A stretch of 64,000 nucleotides of DNA, taken from NCBI GenBank assembly GCA_000092065.1, contig CP000588.1. One strand, given 5' to 3'. The notes below the pieces were generated by a model. That model saw only the letters and a program-made list of their open reading frames with translations, did no database searches and was not told where the DNA came from. The stretch comes from Ostreococcus lucimarinus (lineage: Eukaryota). How positions within the stretch are numbered: position 1 is the first letter of the stretch; each line of letters begins with the position of its first letter. Both the position numbers and the translations under genes were made by a program. Positions 29,613 to 40,283 of the stretch are shown piece after piece.

Positions 29613-29631
29613 CTAAACCCTAAACCCTACG
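29613..29631. promoter_or_regulatory. Telomere-repeat-like (CCCTAAA)2.5 'telo-box' (AAACCCTAA) in the 255-bp bidirectional spacer between the rhodanese gene (-) and the membrane-protein gene (+)
   Basis: tcCTAAACCCTAAACCCTAcg. This is the Arabidopsis-type telomere unit TTTAGGG on the other strand and is identical to the plant telo-box cis-element. Confidence 0.5.
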
Positions 29632-29769
29632 TAACTATGTAAGGTCCGTGTTAGACGGCACGACCGACGCGCGCGAGACCGCCGACGCACCGCCGACGCA
29701 CCGCGACGCGACGCGAAGGCGCGCGACGGCGCGAGACCGCGGCGCGCGCCGCGCGGCGCGCGCTCGCGA

Positions 29770-31655
29770 ATGCGCGGCGACGGCGCGACGCGCGCGCGCG
29801 CGACGAGACGAAGGGAAAGAAAAAGGGCGAGGCGCGGCGACGCGAACGGCTTTTTGGGACGAACGCGCGCGCGCGCGGCGCTGGGCGTCGCGCTGGGCGT
29901 CGCGCTCGCGACGCGCGCGGAGGGGAAGAGACGCGATGATGCCGAGGCGCGCGCGAGCGGGCTGCGAGGTGCGGAGGATCGACGCGAGGCGAGGCGAGGC
30001 GGACGATGGGCGCGGACGCGGGCGAGGCGACGACGGAGGCGCGAACGCGAGGAGGGACGGATCGAACGCGCGCGCGGTCGAGCGCGGACTGACGATGAGG
30101 TTTCGCGCGCGGTGTAGATGGAACGGTGCCGACGTCGGTGTACGTCGACGGACCGACGATGGCGATCGAAGGGACGGCGAACGCGCCGAGCGGAGCGGCG
30201 GTGCGGGGACACGCGAGGTGGGACGCGAGGCGGTTGTTTCATGAAGTCGCGGTGAGCGTGCGAGACGTGAACGGGGGATTGAGCGCGTCGCGGTGCGAGT
30301 TGTTTCACGCGTGGACGGTGCCGGTGTTCAACACGACGACGAATGTGACGACGATTGAGTGGAAGAGCGCGCCGGCGACGACGAGACGCGAGCGAGACGA
30401 AGAGAGCGACGCGAGAGCGACGAAGAGAGCGACGACGGTGGTCATCGTCGGACCGTATGAAAAAGGGTATCTGATCACGCCAAAGTGTCGGGGCGTGGGG
30501 AAAGGAGGGACGATCAAGTACGCGGTGTCGGCGACGAGTTCATTTCAGCCGAAACTCGCGGCGCGTCTCGTGGCGGGCGTCGCATTGTTGCTCGTTGCCC
30601 CGGTCGTGGCGAGTTCAGTGACGTGCTTTTACACAGTTGCCATGACACTGTCGACGTTGGCTTTAGTGCTGATCGTAATACATAGATTTTCGCGAGCGAT
30701 ACCCGGGGGTCGGATGGTGAAGCGCACCACCGCGTTTGCGGCGTTTGCGACGTATCACTTTGTGCCTGACGAACAATGGCAAAACATCATGGATATGTAC
30801 TGGAAAATGTCAACAAAACCGATCATGTTGGTGCTAAATTTGATCAAAAGACGTTACGCCAACGCTAGCTTAGAAAGTATCATCGTTGAAGATCCCTGGG
30901 CGCTGTACAGCGCACTGACCGGTTTCGGATTGCTCGTCCTCGGCGCCGGCGTCGGTCGTTGGCTCGTGCAATCCTTCGTCTTGGACGCCGTCACCGGCGG
31001 TGTCGCGGGATCAGTGCGCTCAACTGTGACGATGGTCATTCGCATCGTCGGTTGTGGTTTGATTCAGTTTAGCTCGCGTGATGTACCGTGCGCGACAGCC
31101 ATGGTCGCGTGCGCCGCGACGTATGGCTTGTACGCGCCCGTCGTGCGCGCTTCCGATCGCATCGTCGATGCTGCCGGTCGTTTAGTGCGCCGCGGAGGCG
31201 CAAGTGCTTTGCACGAAGATCATGAGCATCAACTGAGCGATTCAGACTCGGAAGAGCGCGAAGACCAGCTTTTCTCGCTCGGTCTTCGCCGCCGCTCTCG
31301 GCGCCCGCTTCCTCCGACGCTCGATCCCGATCCTCGAACGCCGCCGAGACGCTTGGACGCGCGCACTTTGCGTTCGCCGACCGTCCAACGTCGTTCGTTC
31401 TTCCCCGGGATGTTTTCATGGAGCAACAAGAGCGCGTCCTCGAACGAATTTGTCACCGAAACCGGCGAGGACGATCGGCGTCCTCCCGTCGGCTCCGCCG
31501 CCGCCGCCTTCGGCCGCTTCCTCTCCGCCGACGAGCACGAGCACGCCGGACGCATTAAAACCGACGACGCGTTAGAACAATTAGCCCGCTCGCCCGAGTT
31601 TGCGACCTGGCTCGCGAAGAACGCCCACAGAGTGCGCGTGACTCGCGAGCTCTAG
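29770..31655 (+). CDS. Multi-pass membrane protein with a signal peptide (possibly NEMP/TMEM194-like), two exons: exon 1 = 29770..29968, intron ~29969..30117 (149 nt), exon 2 = 30118..31655.
   Basis: Exon 1, MRGDGATRA..FLGRTRARAALGVALGVALATRAEGKRRDDAEARASGLR, ends in phase 1. Donor GTGCGGAGG; branch GGACTGACGatgagg; then gtttcgcgcgcggtgTAG. The splice joins in frame to GTVPTSVYVDGPTMAIEG.. (the track ORF 30126..31655 starts on GTG). At least 6 hydrophobic segments (..LVAGVALLLVAPVVASSVTCFYTVAMTLSTLALVLIVIH..). Confidence 0.45.
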
Positions 31656-31755
31656 ACGCGCCGACTCGCGACTTCAATGAGACGCACACCCCTCAGCGCC
31701 GCGGACCGAAGAGCGAGCGACGCGACGACCGCGACGCACTTCGCGACGCCCGGCC

Positions 31756-33309
31756 ATGGCGAGAGGCGCGAAAGGAACGACCGCGATCGAGGACCGCGCG
31801 CGCGCGCTCGCGCGCGCCTCCATCGCGCGCGCGGACGCGTTATTCGGCGCCGACCGCGCGCTCGATCGTCCCGGCGGCGGTGCGAAAGATGGCGACGCCG
31901 GTGGCGCGCACGCCGCGCGCGTGCGATTAGGGGTGAAGATTGCGGATGAATACGCGTCCGTGCGCGCGTGGTCGCGGGAGAACGAGCGAGGAGGCGGACA
32001 GAAGGGCGCGACGGGCGGCGAGAGCGGGGCGAGGGACAATTCTTCGGGGGCGAGGGAACGCTTCGACGGCGAGGATGACGCGCGCGAGCGAGTGAAGGAG
32101 GAGAAGAAGCGGAAAAAGGCGCCGAGCGATATAGCGTCGATGATTGACGCGCTGGACGATGAGGATGAGCGCGATGGTGGGTCGCAGGCCGGACCGTCGA
32201 AGGCGTTGGCGGCGTTCCGGGGCGAAGACGCTAAAGCCAACCTGCCGGTGTCCATCTTCGGTAGACACGCAAACGCGGCGACTGGGGCGAATATCGCGAA
32301 GAGATTGGCGAGCGAATGGCCGGAGCCGGAGTGGCGAGCGCCGTGGAAGCTTTATCGTGTGATTTCGGGACACCAAGGGTGGGTGAGATCGTGCGCCGTC
32401 GACCCGGGGAACGAGTGGTTCGTCACGGGCAGCGCAGATCGCACCATCAAGGTTTGGGACTTGGCGAGTGGCAGCTTGAAGCTCACTTTGACCGGTCACA
32501 TCGAACAAGTCACCGGTATCGTGGTGAGCCAGAGGCATCCGTACATGTTCTCGTGCGGTTTGGATAAAAAAGTCAAGTGCTGGGACTTGGAGTACAACAA
32601 GGTGATTCGTAACTATCACGGGCACCTTTCGGGAGTGTATTCGATCGCGATGCACCCGACTTTAGATCTGTTGATGACGGGCGGTCGAGACAGTGTGTGC
32701 AGAGTTTGGGACATGCGCACAAAGAGACAAGTGTACTGCCTCACTGGACACGAGAACACCGTTGGATCCATATTAGCGCAAGACGAGAATCCGCAGCTCG
32801 TCACCGGTTCGTACGACAGCACGGTTCGCTTGTGGGACTTGGCGACTGGTAAAACGATACATACACTGACTCATCACAAGAAGGGCGTGCGTGCTATGGC
32901 GATGCACAAGAAGGAATTCGCATTCGTTTCCGCTTCAGCTGACAACATTAAAAAATTTTCGTGCCACGGTGACTTCATGCACAACATGTTGAGCAAACAG
33001 AATTCCATCGTGAACACGCTGTCTATGAACGACGATGATGTTGTCTTTAGCGGTGGTGATAACGGTAGCATGTGTTTTTGGGACTACAAGTCTGGGCATT
33101 GCTTCCAACAAGAAAAGGCGTTGGTGCAACCCGGTTCGTTGGAAGCCGAATGCGGGATCTACGCCTCCACTTTTGACGTCACCGGTTCGCGCTTGATCAC
33201 GTGCGAGGCCGACAAAACGATCAAGATGTGGAAGGAGGACACCGAGGCTACGCCTGAGAGTGCGCCGATTCTTCCCTTTGCCCCACCCAAGAATATTCGG
33301 CGAAGTTGA
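31756..33309 (+). CDS. PRL1: PRL1/PLRG1/Prp46 WD40 spliceosomal (NTC-associated) protein
   Basis: 517 aa. ..[116 protein letters not shown].. matches the PRL1 family almost motif for motif. Confidence 0.9.
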   Translation: MARGAKGTTAIEDRARALARASIARADALFGADRALDRPGGGAKDGDAGGAHAARVRLGVKIADEYASVRAWSRENERGGGQKGATGGESGARDNSSGARERFDGEDDARERVKEEKKRKKAPSDIASMIDALDDEDERDGGSQAGPSKALAAFRGEDAKANLPVSIFGRHANAATGANIAKRLASEWPEPEWRAPWKLYRVISGHQGWVRSCAVDPGNEWFVTGSADRTIKVWDLASGSLKLTLTGHIEQVTGIVVSQRHPYMFSCGLDKKVKCWDLEYNKVIRNYHGHLSGVYSIAMHPTLDLLMTGGRDSVCRVWDMRTKRQVYCLTGHENTVGSILAQDENPQLVTGSYDSTVRLWDLATGKTIHTLTHHKKGVRAMAMHKKEFAFVSASADNIKKFSCHGDFMHNMLSKQNSIVNTLSMNDDDVVFSGGDNGSMCFWDYKSGHCFQQEKALVQPGSLEAECGIYASTFDVTGSRLITCEADKTIKMWKEDTEATPESAPILPFAPPKNIRRS

Positions 33310-33340
33310 TTAGTAGTAGCGATATTAATACAAGTCGTTC

Positions 33341-34357
33341 TCAAAGTTCGTCTTTCACCGCCTTCTTCTTCTCCAGGCTTTCTTTGTGCTGCTTGAACAT
33401 TTGCTTCGTGTCGTAGTCGGCGCGCATCAGATTTGCCAAGGCTTCCACGTCGATACCCCGCTTGTTCTTGATGAAGATGTCCGCGCCGTTCGACATCAGT
33501 CCCCACGCCGCGTGGATGTGATCGCCGCGAATCGCCTTGTGGAGCGGCGTTTCACCGTCCGCGTCTTGCGCGTTCACGTCCGCACCGGCATCGATCAACA
33601 CCTTCACCATTTCGAAGGAGGATTTATGCGCCGCCTCGTGCAGCGGCGTTGTCAAGTTGCCCGTGCTCCGGCGCGCGTTTGGATCTACGGCTTCCGCCTC
33701 GAGTAACGTCTGCATGTAAGGAATGCAATACTTCTTCCACCCTCGCGCCGCGATGTGAATCGGTTGGTACCCTTGATCCGTTTCCTCGATCGGATCCGCC
33801 CCGTGTTCCAACAGCGCGTGCAAAATCGGCACGCTTCCTCGCTGTCCGCACGACCCCGCGTTGAAGTGAATCGCCTTGCCTCCGTACAGTTTCGCGTTGG
33901 TATCCGCCCCGAGTTCGATCACCGTCCGCACGTACGTATCGTTCCCGACCAATATCGCGTGTTTCAGCGCCGTCAACCCACTTCGGTGCAACGGCGCGTT
34001 TATGTCGTGATGATCCGGAAATTTTTCAAATTGATTTCGCAGCTCCTCGTGATCCATGCGATGGCCCACGTGCAGCAGGTTCGCCGGCTTCTCTTCCTCG
34101 GGTTCCGGTTCGGCTTCGCGCGCGTTCGGGTCCGGGACGACGTCGTGTTCGGCGTCGGCTTCGCGACCGCCGAGTCCGTACGTGCGTTGCAGTTCACTGT
34201 ACAGCGAGCTTCGTCCGAATCCGCCCGCATCGACCCGTCGCGCGTGACGCAGCAGCGTCAGCGCGGCGATGACGACGATGACGACGACGCGCGATGGCGC
34301 GAACGCGACGCGCGCGCGACGAAGGCGCGCGTCGCGCGACGACTCGCGGCGCGGCAT
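33341..34357 (-). CDS. Ankyrin-repeat protein with an N-terminal signal anchor
   Basis: 338 aa. ..VVVIVVIAALTLL.. TM. Ankyrin repeats ..NAPLHRSGLTALKHAILVGNDTYVRTVIELGADTNA.., ..TPLHEAAHKSSFEMVKVLIDAGADVNAQDADGETPLHKAIRGDHIHAAWGLMSNGADI... Its stop is 31 bp from the PRL1 stop. Confidence 0.75.
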   Translation of the reverse strand: MPRRESSRDARLRRARVAFAPSRVVVIVVIAALTLLRHARRVDAGGFGRSSLYSELQRTYGLGGREADAEHDVVPDPNAREAEPEPEEEKPANLLHVGHRMDHEELRNQFEKFPDHHDINAPLHRSGLTALKHAILVGNDTYVRTVIELGADTNAKLYGGKAIHFNAGSCGQRGSVPILHALLEHGADPIEETDQGYQPIHIAARGWKKYCIPYMQTLLEAEAVDPNARRSTGNLTTPLHEAAHKSSFEMVKVLIDAGADVNAQDADGETPLHKAIRGDHIHAAWGLMSNGADIFIKNKRGIDVEALANLMRADYDTKQMFKQHKESLEKKKAVKDEL

Positions 34358-34663
34358 CGGTCGCGGTTCGCGATTTTCCTCGCGATCCGAGCGATCGAGG
34401 ATTCGCGGCGCGCGCGCGAAGGGTCGCGAACGAGGCGACGCGACGTGCCGACACGCGATCGCTGGGTGTTCAGTTGTCTTTTTTTTTTTTGGCTCGACGA
34501 AGGAAGGCGCGAACGAGACGCCGTTACAATCTGAGCTAACGCGTGCGTGCGGTGCGCGTCGCGGTGAGTTTACCGCGTGACGACGAACGCGCGCGCGAAC
34601 GAGTGATGGGAAGAATCGCGCCGCGGCGAGGGCGCGGAGACGCGGCGAGAGCCGCGAAGGCGA

Positions 34664-35356
34664 CTACGCCGCGGCGGGCTCGCGAGAGACAAACTTTCGC
34701 AGCGCCACGCGACCGCACTTTTTATATTCGTCCACGAGATCGTGGCACGCGGTGACGTTCGCGGCGTTGGCGCCGTAACACGCGCGAACGCTCGCGGCCT
34801 CGACGGCGCACGGCGGCTCGCGCGCGCCGTTGAATGGATCGCGCTCGAGCGCGTCGAGCTCCTCGACGAATCGACGCGTTCGAGCGATTTCTCCCTCCTC
34901 TCGCTTGAGCAATAAATCTCCCACGCGCTCGCTCGCGCGAAGCGCGCCGTCTACATCTGGGTGTCTGCGTCTCACCGCCTCGTCCGCGATCGCCTCGCGA
35001 TGATTCCCCGGCGCGACGCGCGCCGTCGACAACAGGTCCGCCGGCGCGAAGAGCCCGCGCGCCGCCGTCCCCGGTTTCGCCCCGATCCCGCTCGTCGACG
35101 CGCCTCCCCGTTCGCCTCCGCTCGCCGCTCGCGCGTCCCGCTCATTTTCACCGACGTCTTCCCCGCTCGCCCGTCTTCGCGCCCTCTCGAGCTCGCGAAC
35201 CAAGCGCGCCGTAATCTATTCGCCTCGCCGCCGCGCGTCGTCAGTCGTCGCGCCGCGTTCGAACCTCCATCGCGTTCGAGCCTCCGCTCGCGCGTCGCCG
35301 TCCGTTCGGCCGCGCGCGGACGACGACGACGGCACCGTTCGCGTCGTCGGACGCGT

Positions 35357-35411
<55 letters not shown>

Positions 35412-35512
35412 CTTCGCATCGCGCGTCGTCGCGTCGTCTCGCGCACCCGTATCCGCGCCTGCGCGCCCGATCGAGCGTCGTTCGCCCGCGCCGCGCTCTT
35501 CGACGCGCCCAT
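34664..35512 (-). CDS. N-myristoylated coiled-coil CHCH protein (MICOS Mic19/CHCHD3-like), two exons: exon 2 = 34664..35215, intron ~35216..35446 (about 230 nt, containing a (GTC)n microsatellite), exon 1 = ~35447..35512.
   Basis: The track ORF (34664..35203) starts on TTG and has no Met at all. An in-frame acceptor gcgaaTAG|ATT sits 25 nt after a branch cgACTGACGacg. Upstream exon 1, ATG GGC GCG TCG AAG AGC.. (MGASKSAARANDARSGAQARIR), ends at a GTGCGCGAG donor. Exon 2 has a coiled coil and a C-terminal twin Cx9C (C-AVEAASVRA-C .. C-HDLVDEYKK-C). Confidence 0.5.
35343..35411. repeat. (GTC)n trinucleotide microsatellite, about 15–22 units. It lies inside the proposed 5' intron of the Mic19-like gene.
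   Basis: Uninterrupted gtcgtcgtc.. run. Both strands give long artefactual ORFs here (poly-Asp on the minus strand, poly-Arg/Ser on the plus strand). Confidence 0.85.
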
Positions 35513-35577
35513 GGCCGTCGCGTCGCCGTCTCGCGCCGTCGCGCGCGCGCGCCGCGGTGGCGCCGCGCGCCCGAGAT

Positions 35578-35637
35578 CGAGACTGTGCGTCACACACGGA
35601 CTGAGAATGAAACGAGACTGCGTATCACACACGGACG
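35578..35637. repeat. Two copies of a ~23-nt direct repeat (gagactg(tg)cgt(c/a)(a/t)cacacacggac) separated by 14 nt in the Mic19-like/HA-protein divergent spacer
   Basis: gagactgtgcgtcacacacggac ... gagactgcgtatcacacacggac. Confidence 0.6.
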
Positions 35638-35746
35638 ACGGGATAAGGTCGGACGGTCGTCGCGCGCGCGCGCGCACACGGCGCCGCGGCCTCGGCGCCG
35701 AGCACGGCGCGAGCGATGACGAACGAACGCGCGCGAACGTGAGGAC

Positions 35747-37744
35747 ATGGTGGCGACGGCGCGGGCGACGGCGCGGGCGATAAGGACGCGCGATGGCACG
35801 CGATGGCACGCGAGGGGACGCGCGCGGAGGCGCGCGGACGCGCGACGCGGGACGCGCGCGAGAGGGACGTCGCGCGAGGACGCGGACGTGGACGTGAGCG
35901 GAGACGCGAGCGCGCGCGCGGAGGCGAGGGAAGACGACGAAGCGATTCGAGAGGAACGGCTGACGCCCGAGGATGAACTCTTGGCGAAGATTGAGGCGAG
36001 ACGAGAGGCGATGTTTCGAAGGAGCGAACGGACGAGGGCGACGAACGCTGGGCGCGATGAAGACGGAGTGGATTCGACGATCGATCGGGAGGAGACGCGA
36101 CGGGAGGACGAGCGGGAGGCGACGACGTCTGGGCGAAGACGAGACGAGTCGCCGTCGCGTCGGCGGCGAGTCGCGTCGGCGGCGGAGGATCCGTCGGCGG
36201 TGAGATCGAATGAGAAGCGAATCGAGGGCGATAGCGTCGGTGGTAGAGCTCGTCGAGAGGACACAGAGTTAGTCTGGGTGCTCGAACGTCCGGGTGAGGG
36301 CTGGGGAGAGCAGATTTTGCCAACCATCAAAGCGGAGCGCCGCGCGGTGGAGCGCCCGGCGCCGAGAAGGGCGCTGAGCTCTAGCGAGGAGTTTTTGATA
36401 CGCGAGATCGGCTTGAGTTCGGACGAAGTCGTGGCGGCTTTGAGTGCGGCCGCGGCGTGGCGCACGACGAAGAAGGGCCGAGCGTTGGTAGATAAGCGAC
36501 GCATGCGCCTCGTTCAGCAAAACGTCCTCCCGTGCGCGCAGACGATGTTCAATTTCGGCGCGTCGAAAGAGGATATGGCGCAGATTGTGCGAGATTATCC
36601 CATCGTCTTATCCCTCGACACTTCAACGGCATGGAATATGGATTTTGTGGAGTACGTCGTTCGGCAGAAAACCGAAAGCGGGGGCACGAAGGGTCGCATT
36701 CGAACGAAGGCGTACACAGGACGTCGCCCTACTGTCAAATCCATCTACAGACCCGAAAGAGTTTCCGATCACATGACTGAGTGGATCAGTCAGCAGCGTA
36801 GCGATCGTGACGAAGGTTTACTCAATCAAGAGCAGTTGTACTTACTCGACGCTATCGGATTCGACGCTGATAGATACGTCACGCAAGACATGTTGTTGAA
36901 ACGAAAAGGTAGAAAGGTTTGGGAGAAGTGGTTCGAAGAGCTCATCACTTTTCAGCAGCGCACCGGGCTGACGAATCCACCTTACGAAGAGGGTGTGACC
37001 ACAGGTCTCGGCGCTTGGCTGGAAGAGCAGCGGGAGTTGTACCGCATCGGCGAATTAGTCGATAAGCGAGAGGAGCGCTTGCGCGCGCAGGGCATCGCTT
37101 TTGACTCGCTCGAAGCGCTCGAGGAAGTCAAGAGGTTGAACTCGTTCGTTCGCGATACGACCATCGAACCTGTCGAGAACATACTTGCAAACACGCAGTT
37201 CACGCAGCTTGCTTTAGAACTCCGAGCTTTCCTCAACGAGAATGGGGAATACGCGGAGCCCAACGTCAATTCACCGCTCGGCGTGTGGGTCATCAAGACG
37301 CGCGCCAAAGTGCGAGACGGCACGATTCGCGACGAAGACATGCAGGCTTTAGAGCAACTCAACCTCGATATGGTCTACATCCCGGAAAGTTGGGTTGCGA
37401 TGTTAAACGTTTACGCGGACATGCGTGCGAGGCGCTCGAATTCCCTCGGCGTGGACATCATGAGAGTGAAAGCTTGGCAACGCGAACAGCTCGACCTCAT
37501 GAGGCGCAACGATGGCTCACTCACGCAGGCGCAGGTCAATCGTCTGCGCCACGTAGCCGCGATCGACAACATCGCTGGCTTCGCGTCAAACGCAGTACGC
37601 AGCGCGCGCGAAGAGCGTGCGAGAGAGTTTGCCGAGTTTGAGGCGCGCGTCGCCGCACGCAAGGCACGCTTGGAAGCGCTCGAAAAAGTCAAGCTGTCCA
37701 TTGACGAAGAACAAGACGAAGAACACGAAACGGACAATACTTAG
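35747..37744 (+). CDS. Organelle-targeted protein with an mTERF-like region and tandem helicase-associated (HA) domains
   Basis: 665 aa. Arg-rich presequence; ..LIREIGLSSDEVVAALSAAAAW..IVRDYPIVLSLDTSTAWNMDFVEYV.. (mTERF-like); HA-domain units ..KVWEKWFEELITFQQRTGLTNPPYEEGVTTGLGAWLEEQRELYRIGELVDKREERLRAQGIAFD.. and ..NSPLGVWVIKTRAKVRDGTIRDEDMQALEQLNLDM... Confidence 0.45.
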   Translation: MVATARATARAIRTRDGTRWHARGRARRRADARRGTRARGTSREDADVDVSGDASARAEAREDDEAIREERLTPEDELLAKIEARREAMFRRSERTRATNAGRDEDGVDSTIDREETRREDEREATTSGRRRDESPSRRRRVASAAEDPSAVRSNEKRIEGDSVGGRARREDTELVWVLERPGEGWGEQILPTIKAERRAVERPAPRRALSSSEEFLIREIGLSSDEVVAALSAAAAWRTTKKGRALVDKRRMRLVQQNVLPCAQTMFNFGASKEDMAQIVRDYPIVLSLDTSTAWNMDFVEYVVRQKTESGGTKGRIRTKAYTGRRPTVKSIYRPERVSDHMTEWISQQRSDRDEGLLNQEQLYLLDAIGFDADRYVTQDMLLKRKGRKVWEKWFEELITFQQRTGLTNPPYEEGVTTGLGAWLEEQRELYRIGELVDKREERLRAQGIAFDSLEALEEVKRLNSFVRDTTIEPVENILANTQFTQLALELRAFLNENGEYAEPNVNSPLGVWVIKTRAKVRDGTIRDEDMQALEQLNLDMVYIPESWVAMLNVYADMRARRSNSLGVDIMRVKAWQREQLDLMRRNDGSLTQAQVNRLRHVAAIDNIAGFASNAVRSAREERAREFAEFEARVAARKARLEALEKVKLSIDEEQDEEHETDNT

Positions 37745-37805
37745 AATAGATGCAAAAGTTTGTAAAACGCTCGCGATACATCATACAAATTCTGTTTAGT
37801 CGACT

Positions 37806-38753
37806 TTATACGGCCTGCACGTTCCACGACGTGTTCGTGTTGCGCCTCCCACTCATAGCATTGTACTTCGCAAAGCTCGGATGTTCCTCTAACGCGCCGC
37901 TCTTGAGAAGCGTGTACAGCTTATACGTCTCTGCCAGCGTAAACGCACCCACAAAAACTGGCATAACCCGAACGAGCCAGAATCCATAAGCTATCACTCC
38001 CAAACTCATCACGGTGGAGAGGCAAATGATGGTCGTCGCCGTCGTAGTCAAAGACACAGAGCACATGGCCAAGAGCGCCATCAGCATGCGGCAGCCATCT
38101 AATGGATACGCCGGGATGCACACGTTGAATAAGAACAAGAAAATGTTCAGCCAACATCCTTCGTACGCGAGTGCTCCCACAAAATTATCTCGAGGCCACT
38201 CGCTGATGTCCGTGCTCCCAGTGGCCAACGCAAAACTCGCCACCCATCCGGCGAGCATCGGCGCGTGCGTCAATGGACCCGCGAACGAGACAAAAAAGTC
38301 TCCCTTGGCGTCCGTCGCGTCGACGTTCACGTATGCTAGTCCCCCGAGCGGCCAGAGCAAAATATGACTCACCTGTCCTCCTACCGCGCGCGCCGCCGCG
38401 CAATGTCCGAGCTCGTGCACCAGCACCGTGAAGAAGAGCAACACGCTAGCGAACGCCTGCAGCGCGAAAAGGAAGAAACTCGCCGAAAACGCGGCGAGCA
38501 CCAGCGTGAACACGATGTAGGTGTATAAAAGCGGACTCACGTGCACGTCGATGCCCATGATGGTGAACAGCTTGGGTGAGCGCGAGTACCACGGCTCGTT
38601 CGTTTCCGCATCGTCGGCACGCGGGGTGAAGACGGGATTGCCGATCGCGGGAAACGGTTCTGCGCTCTGGCTCGGCGCGCTCGGGGCGTCGGAGCGCTGG
38701 AATGGGTTCATTGGAACGACATCATCCGTGGCGCGCGCGCCGCCGGAGGACAT
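37806..38753 (-). CDS. Site-2 protease-type intramembrane zinc metalloprotease (peptidase M50). The track ORF extends on TTG to 38801.
   Basis: HExxH in a TM helix (..LVHELGHCAAARAVGG..), a later LDG motif (..NVCIPAYPLDGCRML..), and multiple TM segments. Confidence 0.8.
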   Translation of the reverse strand: MSSGGARATDDVVPMNPFQRSDAPSAPSQSAEPFPAIGNPVFTPRADDAETNEPWYSRSPKLFTIMGIDVHVSPLLYTYIVFTLVLAAFSASFFLFALQAFASVLLFFTVLVHELGHCAAARAVGGQVSHILLWPLGGLAYVNVDATDAKGDFFVSFAGPLTHAPMLAGWVASFALATGSTDISEWPRDNFVGALAYEGCWLNIFLFLFNVCIPAYPLDGCRMLMALLAMCSVSLTTTATTIICLSTVMSLGVIAYGFWLVRVMPVFVGAFTLAETYKLYTLLKSGALEEHPSFAKYNAMSGRRNTNTSWNVQAV

Positions 38754-38897
38754 CGCGAGAGCGTGGCGCGACGGTGAGTGGGCCGATTGCGCCAACTCCA
38801 ACTGTTCACTTTTGAAACTGCAAACGACGCGACGAAGAGGCTGAAAGAACAGGGACGCTCGTTACAAGAATACAGCGAACGTATCGACTAGTTAGAT

Positions 38898-40030
38898 TTA
38901 ATACGGGCACGCCTTCGGAAGCTTGGTCTTGGCATTGCGGCCGCTCATGTCAAACTTCTTGTTCGCGCTTCCACCCATGACCATGAGGTCGCCTTGGTAC
39001 TTGCGCAAGGCGCGCTGCGCTCGACGGTGCACCAAGGAAATTTGGGTTGGCAACGTCGGGTAGTCTCTGCGAGTGATTCCACCGCCACTACCACGACAAA
39101 CGCCGTCGCTTGAAACTTGCATGCCGGCGTGTCGAGCGTTGGCGCGAACAGAATCGCGACTGTCGCTCGGACGGTGATTTTGCTTGTAGTATCGTCGAAA
39201 CTCTCGCGGACCGATGCGCTTTGCCTTTCCATCGGCGCCGATAATGATGAGTTCGTAGCCGTTGTCGGCCAGACGCACTGGACCATTCGTGAGTTCTTCC
39301 ATGGAAAATGCCGGGGCGTCATCGTCCATATCTTCATCGCTACTCTCCGCCTCTTGCGCGGCGCGTTCGATGTTCGCCAGCGCCTCTTGCGTTTCATCTT
39401 CGTCCATTTCTTCCCATTCACCATCGTACTCGTCCACGTCGTCGTCGTCGTCATCCTCTTCGCCTCGTCGTCGCGAGATTTCATCCAACAACGCCTCCGG
39501 AACCTCTTCTCCCCGCGCGATGTACGCGTCCACCTTGGCCAGCGTCTCCTTGTGCGCCTCGGCCCACTTCTCGAATCGCTGCGCCCGCAACACGCTTCTC
39601 GGAAGCTCATCCTTGCGCTTCAGATGCGATTTTCCCGCCTTAGCCGTCCCTCCTTCTGACCTCTTCTTACTCGCCGCCTCCTGCGCCGCCGCTTGCGTCA
39701 TCACGCGGTCGAACAAGTCCTTCCCGACCACCGGCAAACCGGCGACGCCGCGCTTCAAGTTGTACCGATGCCAATCCGATTTGTAATGCAGCTTCAGCGC
39801 ATCCATGGTATCGAACACCACGCCCTAACGTCGCGCGAACAAACGTGCATCACAGTCGTCAGTCACCGCGCGCGTCGACGGCGACCACCGCGCGTCTCTC
39901 GTCGTTCGACCCGTCGTCGTCGCGCGACCATCGCGCGAGGGCACGCGTTTCGTCTTTCCCTCGTCATCGCCGCCTCGTTTCGACGCACCGGCGCGGTGTG
40001 ACACGTCAACCCAGCCCCGGTATCACTCAT
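38898..40030 (-). CDS. REI1/ZNF622-like cytoplasmic pre-60S factor lacking the canonical zinc-finger cysteines, two exons: exon 2 = 38898..39824, intron ~39825..39988 (164 nt), exon 1 = ~39989..40030 (MSDTGAGLTCHTAP).
   Basis: Exon 2: ..DALKLHYKSDWHRYNLKRGVAGLP.. (Rei1 first-finger helix) and a C-terminal ..YELIIIGADGKAKRIGPREFRRYYKQNHRP.. (Rei1 ..ELHLPTGIKVGHRSLQRYYKQDLKP..). The track ORF starts on GTG right after an in-frame TAG. The intron has donor GTGCGTCG, a branch cggTGACTGACGac, and gacgTTAG. The middle C2H2 pair of yeast Rei1 is absent. Confidence 0.5.
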
Positions 40031-40283
40031 CTCGCGCTTCGCTGGCGCTCGCTCGCCTCGATCGCGCTCGGCGCGACGCGAAGTGTCGCCAAATCCCCGC
40101 CGCCGCCGCCGCGAGCGATGGACGCGCTCGAGAGACGTCTTTCGACGCCGCACATCGCGACGACGGGGCGCATCGCGCGCGCGAAGGCGAAGGCGAACGA
40201 AACGCGAACGAAACGCGACGACGCGACGACGCGACGACGCGTGACACGCGAGACGGCAGGCGGACGCGCGACGACACGCCGTC

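Noticed and set aside
39117-39786. Plus-strand ORFs (39117..39659, 39262..39786, 39308..39643) overlapping the REI1-like gene
   Set aside because: They are antisense to a gene with recognisable Rei1 motifs and consist of Ser/Arg/Pro low-complexity translations of its acidic-stretch codons.
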